DNA from: Candidatus Limnocylindrus sp.
GTDB taxonomy: Bacteria; Chloroflexota; Limnocylindria; Limnocylindrales; Limnocylindraceae
Length of the DNA stretch: 51,849 bases
Assembly (NCBI GenBank): GCA_040397255.1
Contig: JBBAWJ010000001.1
Location: forward strand, 1 to 51,849
Reading direction: 5' to 3'
The translations under genes and the position numbers were made by a program. Under the pieces are notes generated by a model. It searched no databases, was not told where the DNA came from, and saw only the letters and a program-made list of their open reading frames with translations. Shown here piece after piece: positions 13,397 to 21,900 of the stretch; positions within the stretch are counted from its first letter, which is position 1; each line of letters starts with the position of its first letter.

Positions 13397-14437
13397 ATGA
13401 GCAGCAAAGATTACGCCTCCGTCCTCCTGCGACAGTCCGCCCCAGAGGGCGTTGATTGGCGCACCATGTCGGTCGTCGCGCGAGCACTGCTGCTCACGCG
13501 CGCCTCAGTGCTTCCGCTGACGATTCTCGGCGCGGGCCAAGGCCTCCTCTTCGCCTGGTGGAGCGGCAAGATCAGTGATGTCTCGTTCGGCGGAAGCACC
13601 GTCAGCGGCATCCTCCTCGGCTTCGCCGCATTCCTCGGCGCGAACCTGGCCCACGCGGCAAACAACCTGGCGAATGACTGGCGTGATTACCACGACGGCC
13701 TCGATCGACCCGGCTACCCGCGCGCCGACTACTCGCCACATCCGATCGCCTCAGGTGCCATGTCGAGCCGCACGCTACTTGTTGCGATCGGCGTGCTGAC
13801 CGCCCTGGCCGCAATCCTCGGTGGCTTTACCATGGTCGTCCGAAACGAACCACTCATCGGCGCATTTGCGATCGCCGGCCTGATCCTCTCGTGGGGCTAC
13901 ACCGATCCACCACTGCGCTTCAAGCGACGCGGTCTCGGTGAGCTCTCCGCCTTCATCGTTTGGGGTCCACTCATGGGAGGGGGAACCTACCTCGCAGCAA
14001 CTGGCTCCGTTGATGTGATCGCGTTGATTGCGACGCTGCCATGGGCACTCTTCGTCACCGCCGTGCTCTTCGGCAAGCATCTCGACAAGATCGAGGCAGA
14101 CGGTTCGCGCGGCGTGAAGACCTTTGTCGTTCGCATCGGTGAGCGCCGTGCGCGTGTATTCACAACGGTGCTGATCTCTGCTGGCTATCTGGGGATCGCG
14201 ATCTTTGCGATCCCTGCAGTCGGAATCTTCCCGTGGTTCGTGGCGCCACTCGCCGGACTCGGCGCGATCTCTGCGCTACCGGCACTGAAGATTGTTGCTG
14301 CGCCGCGTCCAGCCGCCCCACCCGCGGGCTATCCGCTCTGGCCGCTCTGGCATGTTGGTGCGGCCTTCCTCGCCTCGCGCCCGGCAATGGGAGCACTCTT
14401 TGTTGGGCTCGTCGTTGGGGCGATCCTCGGCCGCTAA
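13397..14437 (+). CDS. UbiA-family aromatic prenyltransferase (MenA-like), polytopic membrane protein
   Basis: 346 aa with multiple hydrophobic helices and an Asp-rich motif NNLANDWRDYHDGLD resembling the NDxxDxxxD prenyl-diphosphate site. The substrate is not assignable from sequence. Confidence 0.65.
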   Translation: MSSKDYASVLLRQSAPEGVDWRTMSVVARALLLTRASVLPLTILGAGQGLLFAWWSGKISDVSFGGSTVSGILLGFAAFLGANLAHAANNLANDWRDYHDGLDRPGYPRADYSPHPIASGAMSSRTLLVAIGVLTALAAILGGFTMVVRNEPLIGAFAIAGLILSWGYTDPPLRFKRRGLGELSAFIVWGPLMGGGTYLAATGSVDVIALIATLPWALFVTAVLFGKHLDKIEADGSRGVKTFVVRIGERRARVFTTVLISAGYLGIAIFAIPAVGIFPWFVAPLAGLGAISALPALKIVAAPRPAAPPAGYPLWPLWHVGAAFLASRPAMGALFVGLVVGAILGR

Positions 14438-14449
14438 GCCAACGGGGAG

Positions 14450-14665
14450 CTACTTACCCTTCGCCTCGGGTCGAGCAACTCGGGGTGGCGGAACGCGCAG
14501 CGCCTCAAACTTCGCAAGTTCTACCTCAATTGCTGCGACCTCTGCAGCGGCGGTACGCCATTCAGCTGAGCCGGCGGCTGCAGCGGCGCGCTTTGCGCGA
14601 GCGGCGCCATGTTCGCGCATGAGGGTAGGGCGATCGGCGCGCGGTGTGAATGCCTTCTCGCTCAT
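14450..14665 (-). CDS. hypothetical small Ala/Arg-rich protein (71 aa)
   Basis: Internal ATG (MSEKAFTPRADRP...) is preceded by GGGAGG with 5-nt spacing. The longer track ORF (to 14716) would run into the tRNA gene. It lies 21 nt downstream of tRNA-Leu(UAA) on the same strand. Confidence 0.45.
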   Translation of the reverse strand: MSEKAFTPRADRPTLMREHGAARAKRAAAAAGSAEWRTAAAEVAAIEVELAKFEALRVPPPRVARPEAKGK

Positions 14666-14686
14666 GTTGCCTCCCTGCGATGTGGT

Positions 14687-14773
14687 TGGTGCCGAAGGCG
14701 GGACTCGAACCCGCATGATCTCATCGACCGGCCGATTTTAAGTCGGATGCGTCTGCCATTTCGCCACTTCGGC
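14687..14773 (-). tRNA. tRNA-Leu (anticodon UAA), CCA encoded
   Basis: Reverse complement is GCCGAAGTGGCGAAATGGCAGACGC...CTTAAAA anticodon loop...long variable arm...GGGTTCGAGTCCCGCCTTCGGCACCA, 87 nt. Confidence 0.9.
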
Positions 14774-14800
14774 CCCCCTATCGTAGCGGGGCGGTGGCTT

Positions 14801-14886
14801 TGGTACCGAAGGTGGGAGTCGAACCCACATGACCTTTCAGTCGACCGATTTTGAGTCGGTTGCGTCTGCCATTTCGCCACTTCGGC
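14801..14886 (-). tRNA. tRNA-Leu (anticodon CAA), CCA encoded
   Basis: Reverse complement is GCCGAAGTGGCGAAATGGCAGACGC...CTCAAAA anticodon loop...long variable arm...GGGTTCGACTCCCACCTTCGGTACCA, 86 nt. Confidence 0.9.
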
Positions 14887-14894
14887 ACCCATAG

Positions 14895-14900
14895 ATCCTA
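14895..14900 (-). promoter_or_regulatory. candidate -10 box TAGGAT, 8 nt upstream of the mature 5' end of tRNA-Leu(CAA)
   Basis: Minus-strand reading is ccgcTAGGATctatgggt followed by GCCGAAG (tRNA +1). It lies in the 35-nt gap shared with the divergent sigma gene. Confidence 0.3.
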
Positions 14901-14921
14901 GCGGCGCGGCACACTAGGCAC

Positions 14922-15575
14922 ATGACACGAGGCGGTAGAGCAGGCGGAGGCGAGGGGGCGGAGCGTACGGCGCTGCTCGCCGCCGCACGAGCGGGCTCCC
15001 AGGATGCCTTCCGCGACCTCTTCACCCCCGATCTCGACCTGGCGTGGCGGATGGCCCTGCGCATCACGGGGAGCGAGGCGAGCGCCGACGACGCCCTGCA
15101 GGCTGGACTCCTCTCGGCGTACCGCTCCCTCGACCGGGTCGCGCCGACCAACCTTCGGGGATGGTTCGTGCGGATCGTGGAGAACGCCGCGCGCGACCTC
15201 ATGCGACGTGAGCGCCGGCACCCGACACTCCCATTCGCCAGCGAAACGCATGAGGAGGCGGGGGAGGGTGCGCACCGTGAGCGCGTTGCGGCAGAGCCGC
15301 AGGCGGGGGCGGCCTCTGATCCGGCGCAGCGTGCCGAGGCGAGCGAGCTCGCCGCCGCTCTGGCGACCGCCCTCGGAGCGATCCCAGAGGAGCGACGCAG
15401 GGCGATCCTCCTCTACGACGTCGATGGCTATGACTATGCAGAGATCGCTGAACTGACGGGGGTATCGGTGGGGACGATTAAGAGCCGCATCAGCCGAGGG
15501 CGCGAGGAGCTGCGTCGCCTCCTCGCCGACCTGCGGCCGGGAACCGCTGGGGCACCGTTTTCGTTGGAAGAGTGA
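14922..15575 (+). CDS. ECF-type (group 4) RNA polymerase sigma-70 factor
   Basis: 217 aa with region 2 (AGSQDAFRDLF...) and a region 4 HTH (LLYDVDGYDYAEIAELTGVSVGTIKSRISRGREELRR). Confidence 0.85.
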   Translation: MTRGGRAGGGEGAERTALLAAARAGSQDAFRDLFTPDLDLAWRMALRITGSEASADDALQAGLLSAYRSLDRVAPTNLRGWFVRIVENAARDLMRRERRHPTLPFASETHEEAGEGAHRERVAAEPQAGAASDPAQRAEASELAAALATALGAIPEERRRAILLYDVDGYDYAEIAELTGVSVGTIKSRISRGREELRRLLADLRPGTAGAPFSLEE

Positions 15576-15576
15576 G

Positions 15577-16059
15577 ATGAATAACGCCTCTGGCACCCCT
15601 GAGCACGATCCGCTGAGCGCCTATCGCGCTGGTGAGCCCCGCCGTGCCCGCGACCCCTTCGCCAACCCCGCCCTGCGCAGCGAGATTGCACGTATCGCCG
15701 AGGCTCGAGCCCAGCGCTCTGCAAGCGGCTGGCGATCGGCCCTCTTCGGCTGGCTGAGTGCCGCGCCGCGTGGTGCCCTCGCGGGCGCCGCACTCTCCGG
15801 CGCACTCCTTCTTGGGGGCGTCGCTGGTCAGTTGGCGGGCAGCGCCGAGAGCGCCGCGCGAATGGAGACTGGCGCCGACCCCCTCGCATCGAGCCTCGCG
15901 CCCGAAGCCTCGATGGAGGTGAAGGCGGACGGCACGAGCGACGAGATCCTCGCATCGGGGACGCTTGATGGCGCCGCCATCGTCTCTGGAGCCGCACTGC
16001 TCCTGCTTACAGGGAGCCTTGTTGTGACGATCGTGAGCGTGCGGAGGCGACGCGCCTAG
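15577..16059 (+). CDS. putative membrane-anchored anti-sigma factor (non-canonical)
   Basis: 160-aa ORF starting 1 nt after the sigma stop. It has two hydrophobic segments (ALAGAALSGALLLGGVAG; GAALLLLTGSLVVTIVSV) and I see no HxxxCxxC zinc motif. The call rests on position only. Confidence 0.4.
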   Translation: MNNASGTPEHDPLSAYRAGEPRRARDPFANPALRSEIARIAEARAQRSASGWRSALFGWLSAAPRGALAGAALSGALLLGGVAGQLAGSAESAARMETGADPLASSLAPEASMEVKADGTSDEILASGTLDGAAIVSGAALLLLTGSLVVTIVSVRRRRA

Positions 16060-16083
16060 TCGAAGGGCTCTGCACTCCTGCGG

Positions 16084-16089
16084 TACCCT
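16084..16089 (+). promoter_or_regulatory. candidate -10 box TACCCT, 6 nt upstream of the polA ATG (leaderless geometry)
   Basis: Sequence is cggTACCCTcgcggtATG. It matches TANNNT and no SD is present. Confidence 0.3.
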
Positions 16090-16095
16090 CGCGGT

Positions 16096-18954
16096 ATGCC
16101 AACCAAGCGCCGACTCCTCCTCGTTGATGCCTATGGGCTGATCTATCGCGCCTTCCATGCGCTGCCACCGCTGGCGAATAGCCGTGGGCAGCTGACCAAC
16201 GCCGCGTACGGCTTCACCAGCATCCTGCTGCGAACGATGGCCGACCTTGATCCCGAGCGTGCCATCGTGGCCTTTGATGCCCCGGGCACCACCTATCGGC
16301 ATGAGCGATTCCCCGCGTACAAGGCACAGCGGCCATCGATGCCGGATGAGTTGCGCTCGCAGGTGCCGATCGTTCGAGACCTTGTTGCGGCGTTGGGGCT
16401 GCCGCTCCTTGAGGCAACGGGGTACGAGGCGGATGACGTGATCGGCACCATCGCCACCGCCGCGGAGCGCGACGGTTGGGAGGTGCACATCGTCTCGGGC
16501 GACCTCGACATGTTGCAGCTGGTCACCAAAAAGGTTCACCTGATGCACACCGCCAAGGGTGGCGCTGATGCAATCGTTGAATACGATCCAGAGCGAGTCT
16601 TCGCGCGGTACGGCCTCACCCCAGAGCAGATGGTGGACTTTAAGTCGCTGAAGGGAGACAGTTCGGACAACATTCCAGGTGTTCCAGGCGTGGGTGAGAA
16701 GACCGCCTCTAAGTTGATTGCAAGCTTCGGCTCGCTAGAGCAGCTCTACGCGCGTCTCGATGAGGTCGAGCCTGTGCGCATCCGAGAGTCGCTCGCTGCG
16801 AACCGTGATGCGGCATTTGCCGGCCAAGGGCTGATGACCATTGATCGCGATGCGCCACTCACCCTGCCGGCCACGGGTGGCGAAATTGGGGTGTATGACC
16901 GCGAAGCGGCGCTCGCCCTCTTCCGCGACCTTGAGTTCCGCGCACTCGCGCAGCGACTCCCGCCGCTCGCTGGCGAGGATCGCCTCGCCGCAAACGCTGC
17001 GGTCAGCGCCGCGGCGGCGGGTGCTGCGCTGCGAGGCTCTGCTGCACCTGTCGCAAAGACTGCGCCGAAGGCGACAGTTGGAAGCGACCTACAACTCGGA
17101 TTCAACTTTGATGCGGTGACGGCGGGAAATACCGCTGCGGGTCGATCAACCCAAGCGGCGAGCAGCGCCACAGACGAATCGGATGCCCACTCCAAGATTG
17201 AACAGGTGAAGCGTGGCGAGCTTGCCGCGGCGGGGATTCGCATTCTGCGCGCGGCAGATGAGGCGCGGGATGCTTTCCGCGGCCTTTCGCCGCAGGGGCA
17301 CCTCGCCATTGGCGGTGTGGGAGCAGATCGACGTGGCCCAGAGGCCGAGCTGGCGATCGCGATCGTCGATGACGCGGGGACCATTCTCGCCGCCGACGAT
17401 GGCGCCGTGGTGCACGCACTTCTTGAATCGCTGGCGAGTTCTACGCGTGAGATTGCCGGCCTCGGCGTGAAGGGTCTGATTGGCGCCATGGTGAGCATTC
17501 GACCAGACGCCTCGCCGCACCTTGTTGATGACGTAGCGCTGGCCACCTGGATCGCGAATGTCACCATGCGCAACCCGGGACTCGTGGAGGTTGCCTCCGC
17601 ACGACTCGGCGCCGACCTCCCTGACCGGCTCGAGCCGCTGCAGGAGGCGGTCCTTGCTGCGCTCGTGACGCGAGCGTCGCGCGGCCCCCTCGCCGAAGAG
17701 TTGCGCGAGGCGGGAACGCTGCGCCTCTATCGCGAGATCGAGTTGCCGCTGGTCGAGGTGCTCGCACGTATGGAGATCGCTGGCGTCGCCGTTGATCGCT
17801 CCGCGCTGAGTGAGCTGAGCACGGCATTCACTGCAGAGATTGCGCGCCTCGAGCGGGAGTCCGAGCAGGCCGTCGGTCACCCTGTTGCGCTTGGCTCGCC
17901 GAAGCAGCTCGGCGAACTCCTCTTTGTGGAGCTCAACCTCCCGAAGGGGAAGAAGACGAAGACGGGGGCCTGGTCGACCGATGCGAGCGTGCTGGAGGAG
18001 ATCCAGGGAGAGCATCCGATCGTTGGGATCGCCATGGAGTGGCGCACCGTCTCGAAGCTGCAGAGCACCTATGTGGAGGCGCTGCCGAAGCTTGTTGAGG
18101 GTGACGGCCGTGTGCACACCACCTTCCAGCAGGCGGTGGCGGCGACGGGGCGACTCAGCTCCACCGATCCGAACCTGCAGAACATTCCGATTCGCACCGC
18201 GCTCGGCCGCAAGATTCGGAACACCTTCATCGCGGAGAGGGGGAACACGCTGGTGGCGGCGGACTACAGCCAGATTGAGCTGCGCATCTTGGCGCACGTC
18301 ACCCGCGATGAGCATTTGATTGCCGCCTTCGCCGCCGGAGAGGATATTCACCGTGCGACCGCCGCTCGTGTGCTCGGCAAGCCAGCCGCCGACGTGGACG
18401 CCGATGAGCGCGCCATGGCGAAGATGGTCAACTTCGGTATCGCCTACGGCATGGGCGACTTCGGCTTGGCCACGCGCGCCGGCATCTCTCGTGAGGCCGC
18501 AAAATCCTTCATCGCCGGCTACTTCGAGCGCTATCCAGGGATTCGCCGCTACATCGACACGATCAAGGAGGAGGCGCGTACGAACGGCTCCGTCACGACG
18601 CAGCTCGGGCGCCGCCGGCCGATCCCTGAACTCCGAGCGGGGAACCCTGCACTGCGCGCGGCGGGGGAGCGCGCCGCCATTAACCATCCCATTCAAGGAA
18701 CGGCGGCCGATGTGATCAAGATCGCCATGATTCGGCTAGCGCCACGACTTGCAGAGACGGGCCTTACGGCACGACTCGTGCTGCAGGTGCACGACGAACT
18801 GCTCCTGGAGGTGCCGAACGGTGAGGTCGATCGACTCGTGCCAATCCTTGTTGACACGATGGAGGGGGCACTCGCGCTGGATGTACCACTCACCGTTGAT
18901 GTGAAGAGTGGTCTGCGATGGGACGAGATGAAGCCGTGGTCCGCCCGTGCCTGA
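16096..18954 (+). CDS. polA: DNA polymerase I
   Basis: 952 aa with a 5'-nuclease domain (LLLVDAYGLIYRAFHA; GDSSDNIPGVPGVGEKTA), an Ala-rich linker, a central exo-like domain and family A polymerase motifs (ADYSQIELRILAH; QVHDELLLEV). Confidence 0.95.
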   Translation: MPTKRRLLLVDAYGLIYRAFHALPPLANSRGQLTNAAYGFTSILLRTMADLDPERAIVAFDAPGTTYRHERFPAYKAQRPSMPDELRSQVPIVRDLVAALGLPLLEATGYEADDVIGTIATAAERDGWEVHIVSGDLDMLQLVTKKVHLMHTAKGGADAIVEYDPERVFARYGLTPEQMVDFKSLKGDSSDNIPGVPGVGEKTASKLIASFGSLEQLYARLDEVEPVRIRESLAANRDAAFAGQGLMTIDRDAPLTLPATGGEIGVYDREAALALFRDLEFRALAQRLPPLAGEDRLAANAAVSAAAAGAALRGSAAPVAKTAPKATVGSDLQLGFNFDAVTAGNTAAGRSTQAASSATDESDAHSKIEQVKRGELAAAGIRILRAADEARDAFRGLSPQGHLAIGGVGADRRGPEAELAIAIVDDAGTILAADDGAVVHALLESLASSTREIAGLGVKGLIGAMVSIRPDASPHLVDDVALATWIANVTMRNPGLVEVASARLGADLPDRLEPLQEAVLAALVTRASRGPLAEELREAGTLRLYREIELPLVEVLARMEIAGVAVDRSALSELSTAFTAEIARLERESEQAVGHPVALGSPKQLGELLFVELNLPKGKKTKTGAWSTDASVLEEIQGEHPIVGIAMEWRTVSKLQSTYVEALPKLVEGDGRVHTTFQQAVAATGRLSSTDPNLQNIPIRTALGRKIRNTFIAERGNTLVAADYSQIELRILAHVTRDEHLIAAFAAGEDIHRATAARVLGKPAADVDADERAMAKMVNFGIAYGMGDFGLATRAGISREAAKSFIAGYFERYPGIRRYIDTIKEEARTNGSVTTQLGRRRPIPELRAGNPALRAAGERAAINHPIQGTAADVIKIAMIRLAPRLAETGLTARLVLQVHDELLLEVPNGEVDRLVPILVDTMEGALALDVPLTVDVKSGLRWDEMKPWSARA

Positions 18955-19942
18955 ACTACCTGAGGTAGAAACCGTCGTCCGCGATCTCGCACGACTCGTT
19001 ACTGGCGCAATGATCACTAGCGCCAATGTCTTTCGCGAGCGCAATCTTGCGACCCCTGATGCCCCCTCGTTCACGGATGCGGTTCGCGGCCGGCGCATCC
19101 TCGGCACGCGTCGCCGCGCGAAGTGGATCATCGTGGAGCTCTCTGGGGGGCTCCTCCTGCTAGTGCACCTGCGAATGACGGGGCAGCTGCTGGTGTTGCC
19201 AGCGGGGGGAGCGACAGATCCCTATATTCGCCTCTCGCTCACGTTGGACGATGGTCGTGAACTTCGCTTCCGGGATGTGCGTGCGTTTGGCCGCGTTGCG
19301 CTCGTCGCGCAGCGTAGCGACGGTGAGGCCGCCTCAAGCCTCAATCCGCACTCGCCGCCACTCCTCGCCGATTATGGCGTTGAGCCGCTCGCAGCAGCGT
19401 TCACCGCCGACGCCCTTCGCGCACTCATTGCGCATCGCGGAACACGCGTCAAGAGCCTCCTCCTCGACCAGCGCTGCATCGTTGGGATCGGCAATATCTA
19501 CGCCGATGAGGCGCTTTGGCGCGCGAAGATCCATCCGCTTACCGCTGCGAACAGGCTGCGCCCGGCGCAGCTCGACGCGCTGCACCTCGCGATCGTCGGC
19601 GTGCTGAGCGAGGCCGTTGCCGCCCGCGGCTCCTCGATCAACGACTACACGGCACCAGATGGCGATGGCGAGATGCAGGAGCGCCTTGACGTTTACCAGC
19701 GCACCGGTGAGCCATGTCACCGTTGTGGTGCGGCAATTCAGCGCTCGGTCGTGGGGGGTCGCGGCACGCATGTTTGCCGAACCTGCCAGCGCGCACCTCG
19801 CGGCGCGGGGCGCGCTGCGGCGTCGCGTGCTGTGCGCGGACCCCGCTGGAGTGAGCGGGTTACCCCAGAGACGGTTGGTGCAACACGAAGCGAGCGTGCT
19901 GCGGCGCGTCGACGCTCGGCGCGCCAGGGGGAGGCGGCATGA
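18947..19942 (+). CDS. mutM: formamidopyrimidine-DNA glycosylase (Fpg/MutM) with a ~50-aa basic C-terminal tail
   Basis: N-terminus MPELPEVETV (GTG start, catalytic Pro2/Glu3) and zinc finger CHRCGAAIQRSVVGGRGTHVCRTCQ. The start overlaps the polA stop by 8 nt. Confidence 0.9.
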   Translation: MPELPEVETVVRDLARLVTGAMITSANVFRERNLATPDAPSFTDAVRGRRILGTRRRAKWIIVELSGGLLLLVHLRMTGQLLVLPAGGATDPYIRLSLTLDDGRELRFRDVRAFGRVALVAQRSDGEAASSLNPHSPPLLADYGVEPLAAAFTADALRALIAHRGTRVKSLLLDQRCIVGIGNIYADEALWRAKIHPLTAANRLRPAQLDALHLAIVGVLSEAVAARGSSINDYTAPDGDGEMQERLDVYQRTGEPCHRCGAAIQRSVVGGRGTHVCRTCQRAPRGAGRAAASRAVRGPRWSERVTPETVGATRSERAAARRRSARQGEAA

Positions 19943-21900
19943 GCATCATTACCTTGAGCGATGTCCGTCGCGAGATCGGCGCCGCCGTCATCCTTGATGA
20001 GGTGACGCTCAGCGTCGCCGCTGGCGAGCGCATCGGCCTGGTCGGCCCGAACGGGGCAGGGAAGACGACCCTCCTCAAGATGGTCGCGGGGCTTGAGTCT
20101 CCCGACCAGGGTCGCGTGCAGCATGCCAAGGGCTTACGCATCAGCCTCCTCGCGCAAGAGTCGGCGCAGGACCCCGATCTGCTGAACGCCCCAACGCTCA
20201 TTGACGCCGTGATCGGGGGTGCCGCCGAGATCGTCTCCCTGGCCGCTGCACTTCGCGATATGGAGCTTGATGGTCGTGCCGGCTCAACCGAATACGCCGA
20301 GGCGCGGACGAAATTCGATGCTGCCGATGGCTACGCCCTGGACGACCGGGTGGGTGCGGCGCTACGAGGGCTCGGCTTCCCAACGGCACGGCACGACGAG
20401 GTCCCTGCGCGCCTTTCCGGAGGGGAGCAGACCCGCGTCGCGCTGGCGCGACTCGTGATCGCAGATCCAGACCTTCTTCTGCTCGACGAGCCGACCAACC
20501 ATCTCGATATTCAGGCGATTGAGTGGCTGGAGGGGGCGCTGCGCGCACGCAACGGCGCGCTCATTGTCGCCAGCCACGATCGCGCCTTCCTTGATGCTGT
20601 CATCAATCGAGTCTGGGAGGTCCGCGCCCGCCACGTGACGCGCTTCCGTGGGGACTACAGCGCCTATTCGAAGCAGCGTGGTGCAGCGGATGAGGGTGAC
20701 GAGCGCGACGCAGATCGTCGCGAGAAGGAGATCGCGCGCGAGCGTGAGCTGATTCAGACGTATCGAAGCCATCGCAAGTACGCAAAGATGCACGAGCATG
20801 AGCGCCGTCTAGCTGCGATCGAACCGGTCGTTCGTGAGCGCAAGGCGATCTCACTTTCAATCGCTGCTGAGGGAGCCGGGCGGGGGCCAGCTGAACCGTT
20901 GCGGCTCAGCGAGGCGTCCATCGGGTATCGAGAGCCGGCGCAGGTTGAGATCACCCGTGCGCGCAGCCTCGCCCTTCGCCGTGGCGAGCGCGTCGGAATC
21001 GTGGGCCCCAACGGCGCTGGAAAATCAACGCTGCTAAAGACCATCGCTGGCCTCCTCCCAGCCCTCGACGGAAACGTGGAGATTGCCGGTGGCGTGGTGC
21101 CTGGGTATCTCGCCCAGGTCCGCGCCGCAGGACTCCATGGCGCTACGGTGCTTGAAGCGCTGCGTGCCGCCGTACCTGTTGAAGTTTCTGAAGCGCGGGC
21201 ACATCTCGCGAAGTTCCTCTTCCGCGGTGATGCGGTGGGGAAGGAGGTCGTGGTGCTCTCTGGTGGTGAGCGCAGTCGGCTAGAGCTCGCCATTCTCGGT
21301 CTCATGCCTGCAAACCTGCTCCTGCTCGACGAGCCGACGAACCACCTCGACATTGATGCTTGCGAATCGCTCGAGCGATTCCTTCTCGATGGTGAGCGAA
21401 CACTCCTTGTAGTAAGTCACGATCGTCGACTCCTTGAGCGCATCTGCACAACGCTCTGGGTCGTTGAAGATGGCGTCGTCGCCGCTTTCGACGGCGGGTA
21501 TACCGCGTGGCGAGAGGCGGTCGCCGGTGGCTGGACGACGAAGAGTGCCGACACTCTCGTTGCGGGGCGGCTCGGTGCGCCAAGCGCACTCACTGCGCAG
21601 CAGACGATTCCCACCAAGCCTCAGCCGAAGGTTGCCGCGCCCGCCCCGAAAAAGAGTGAGGCGCCGAAGCCGGAGCGGCTCAGCAAGGAGCAGGCGCGCC
21701 GTCGTCGCGCTGCGATTGAGTCTGACCTCGAGCGACATGGACTGCGGAAGGGACACCTGGAGCTCGCGATGCTTGACCCGAACGTCCTCGCCTCGTATAC
21801 CGAACTAGCAAAGGTGGCGAGCGAGCTAGCCGACGTTACGGCGGCGCTCCAAGGGGCCGAAGAGGCGTGGCTCGCTCTCGAGGGGGAGGTGGCGAAGTGA
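19939..21900 (+). CDS. ABC-F family ATPase (Uup/EttA-like; two ABC domains, no membrane domain)
   Basis: 653 aa with two copies each of Walker A (GLVGPNGAGKTTLLK; GIVGPNGAGKSTLLK), signature (LSGGEQTR; LSGGERSR) and LLLLDEPTNHLD. The C-terminus is Lys/Pro-rich followed by a coiled-coil-like tail. Confidence 0.85.
   Translation: MSIITLSDVRREIGAAVILDEVTLSVAAGERIGLVGPNGAGKTTLLKMVAGLESPDQGRVQHAKGLRISLLAQESAQDPDLLNAPTLIDAVIGGAAEIVSLAAALRDMELDGRAGSTEYAEARTKFDAADGYALDDRVGAALRGLGFPTARHDEVPARLSGGEQTRVALARLVIADPDLLLLDEPTNHLDIQAIEWLEGALRARNGALIVASHDRAFLDAVINRVWEVRARHVTRFRGDYSAYSKQRGAADEGDERDADRREKEIARERELIQTYRSHRKYAKMHEHERRLAAIEPVVRERKAISLSIAAEGAGRGPAEPLRLSEASIGYREPAQVEITRARSLALRRGERVGIVGPNGAGKSTLLKTIAGLLPALDGNVEIAGGVVPGYLAQVRAAGLHGATVLEALRAAVPVEVSEARAHLAKFLFRGDAVGKEVVVLSGGERSRLELAILGLMPANLLLLDEPTNHLDIDACESLERFLLDGERTLLVVSHDRRLLERICTTLWVVEDGVVAAFDGGYTAWREAVAGGWTTKSADTLVAGRLGAPSALTAQQTIPTKPQPKVAAPAPKKSEAPKPERLSKEQARRRRAAIESDLERHGLRKGHLELAMLDPNVLASYTELAKVASELADVTAALQGAEEAWLALEGEVAK

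Noticed and set aside
16060-16079. TCGAAG upstream of polA, resembling one half of the actinobacterial LexA box TCGAAC-N4-GTTCGA, as a possible SOS operator for the repair block.
   Set aside because: Only one degenerate half-site is present. The second half (CTGCAC) does not match, so there is no support for an SOS box.
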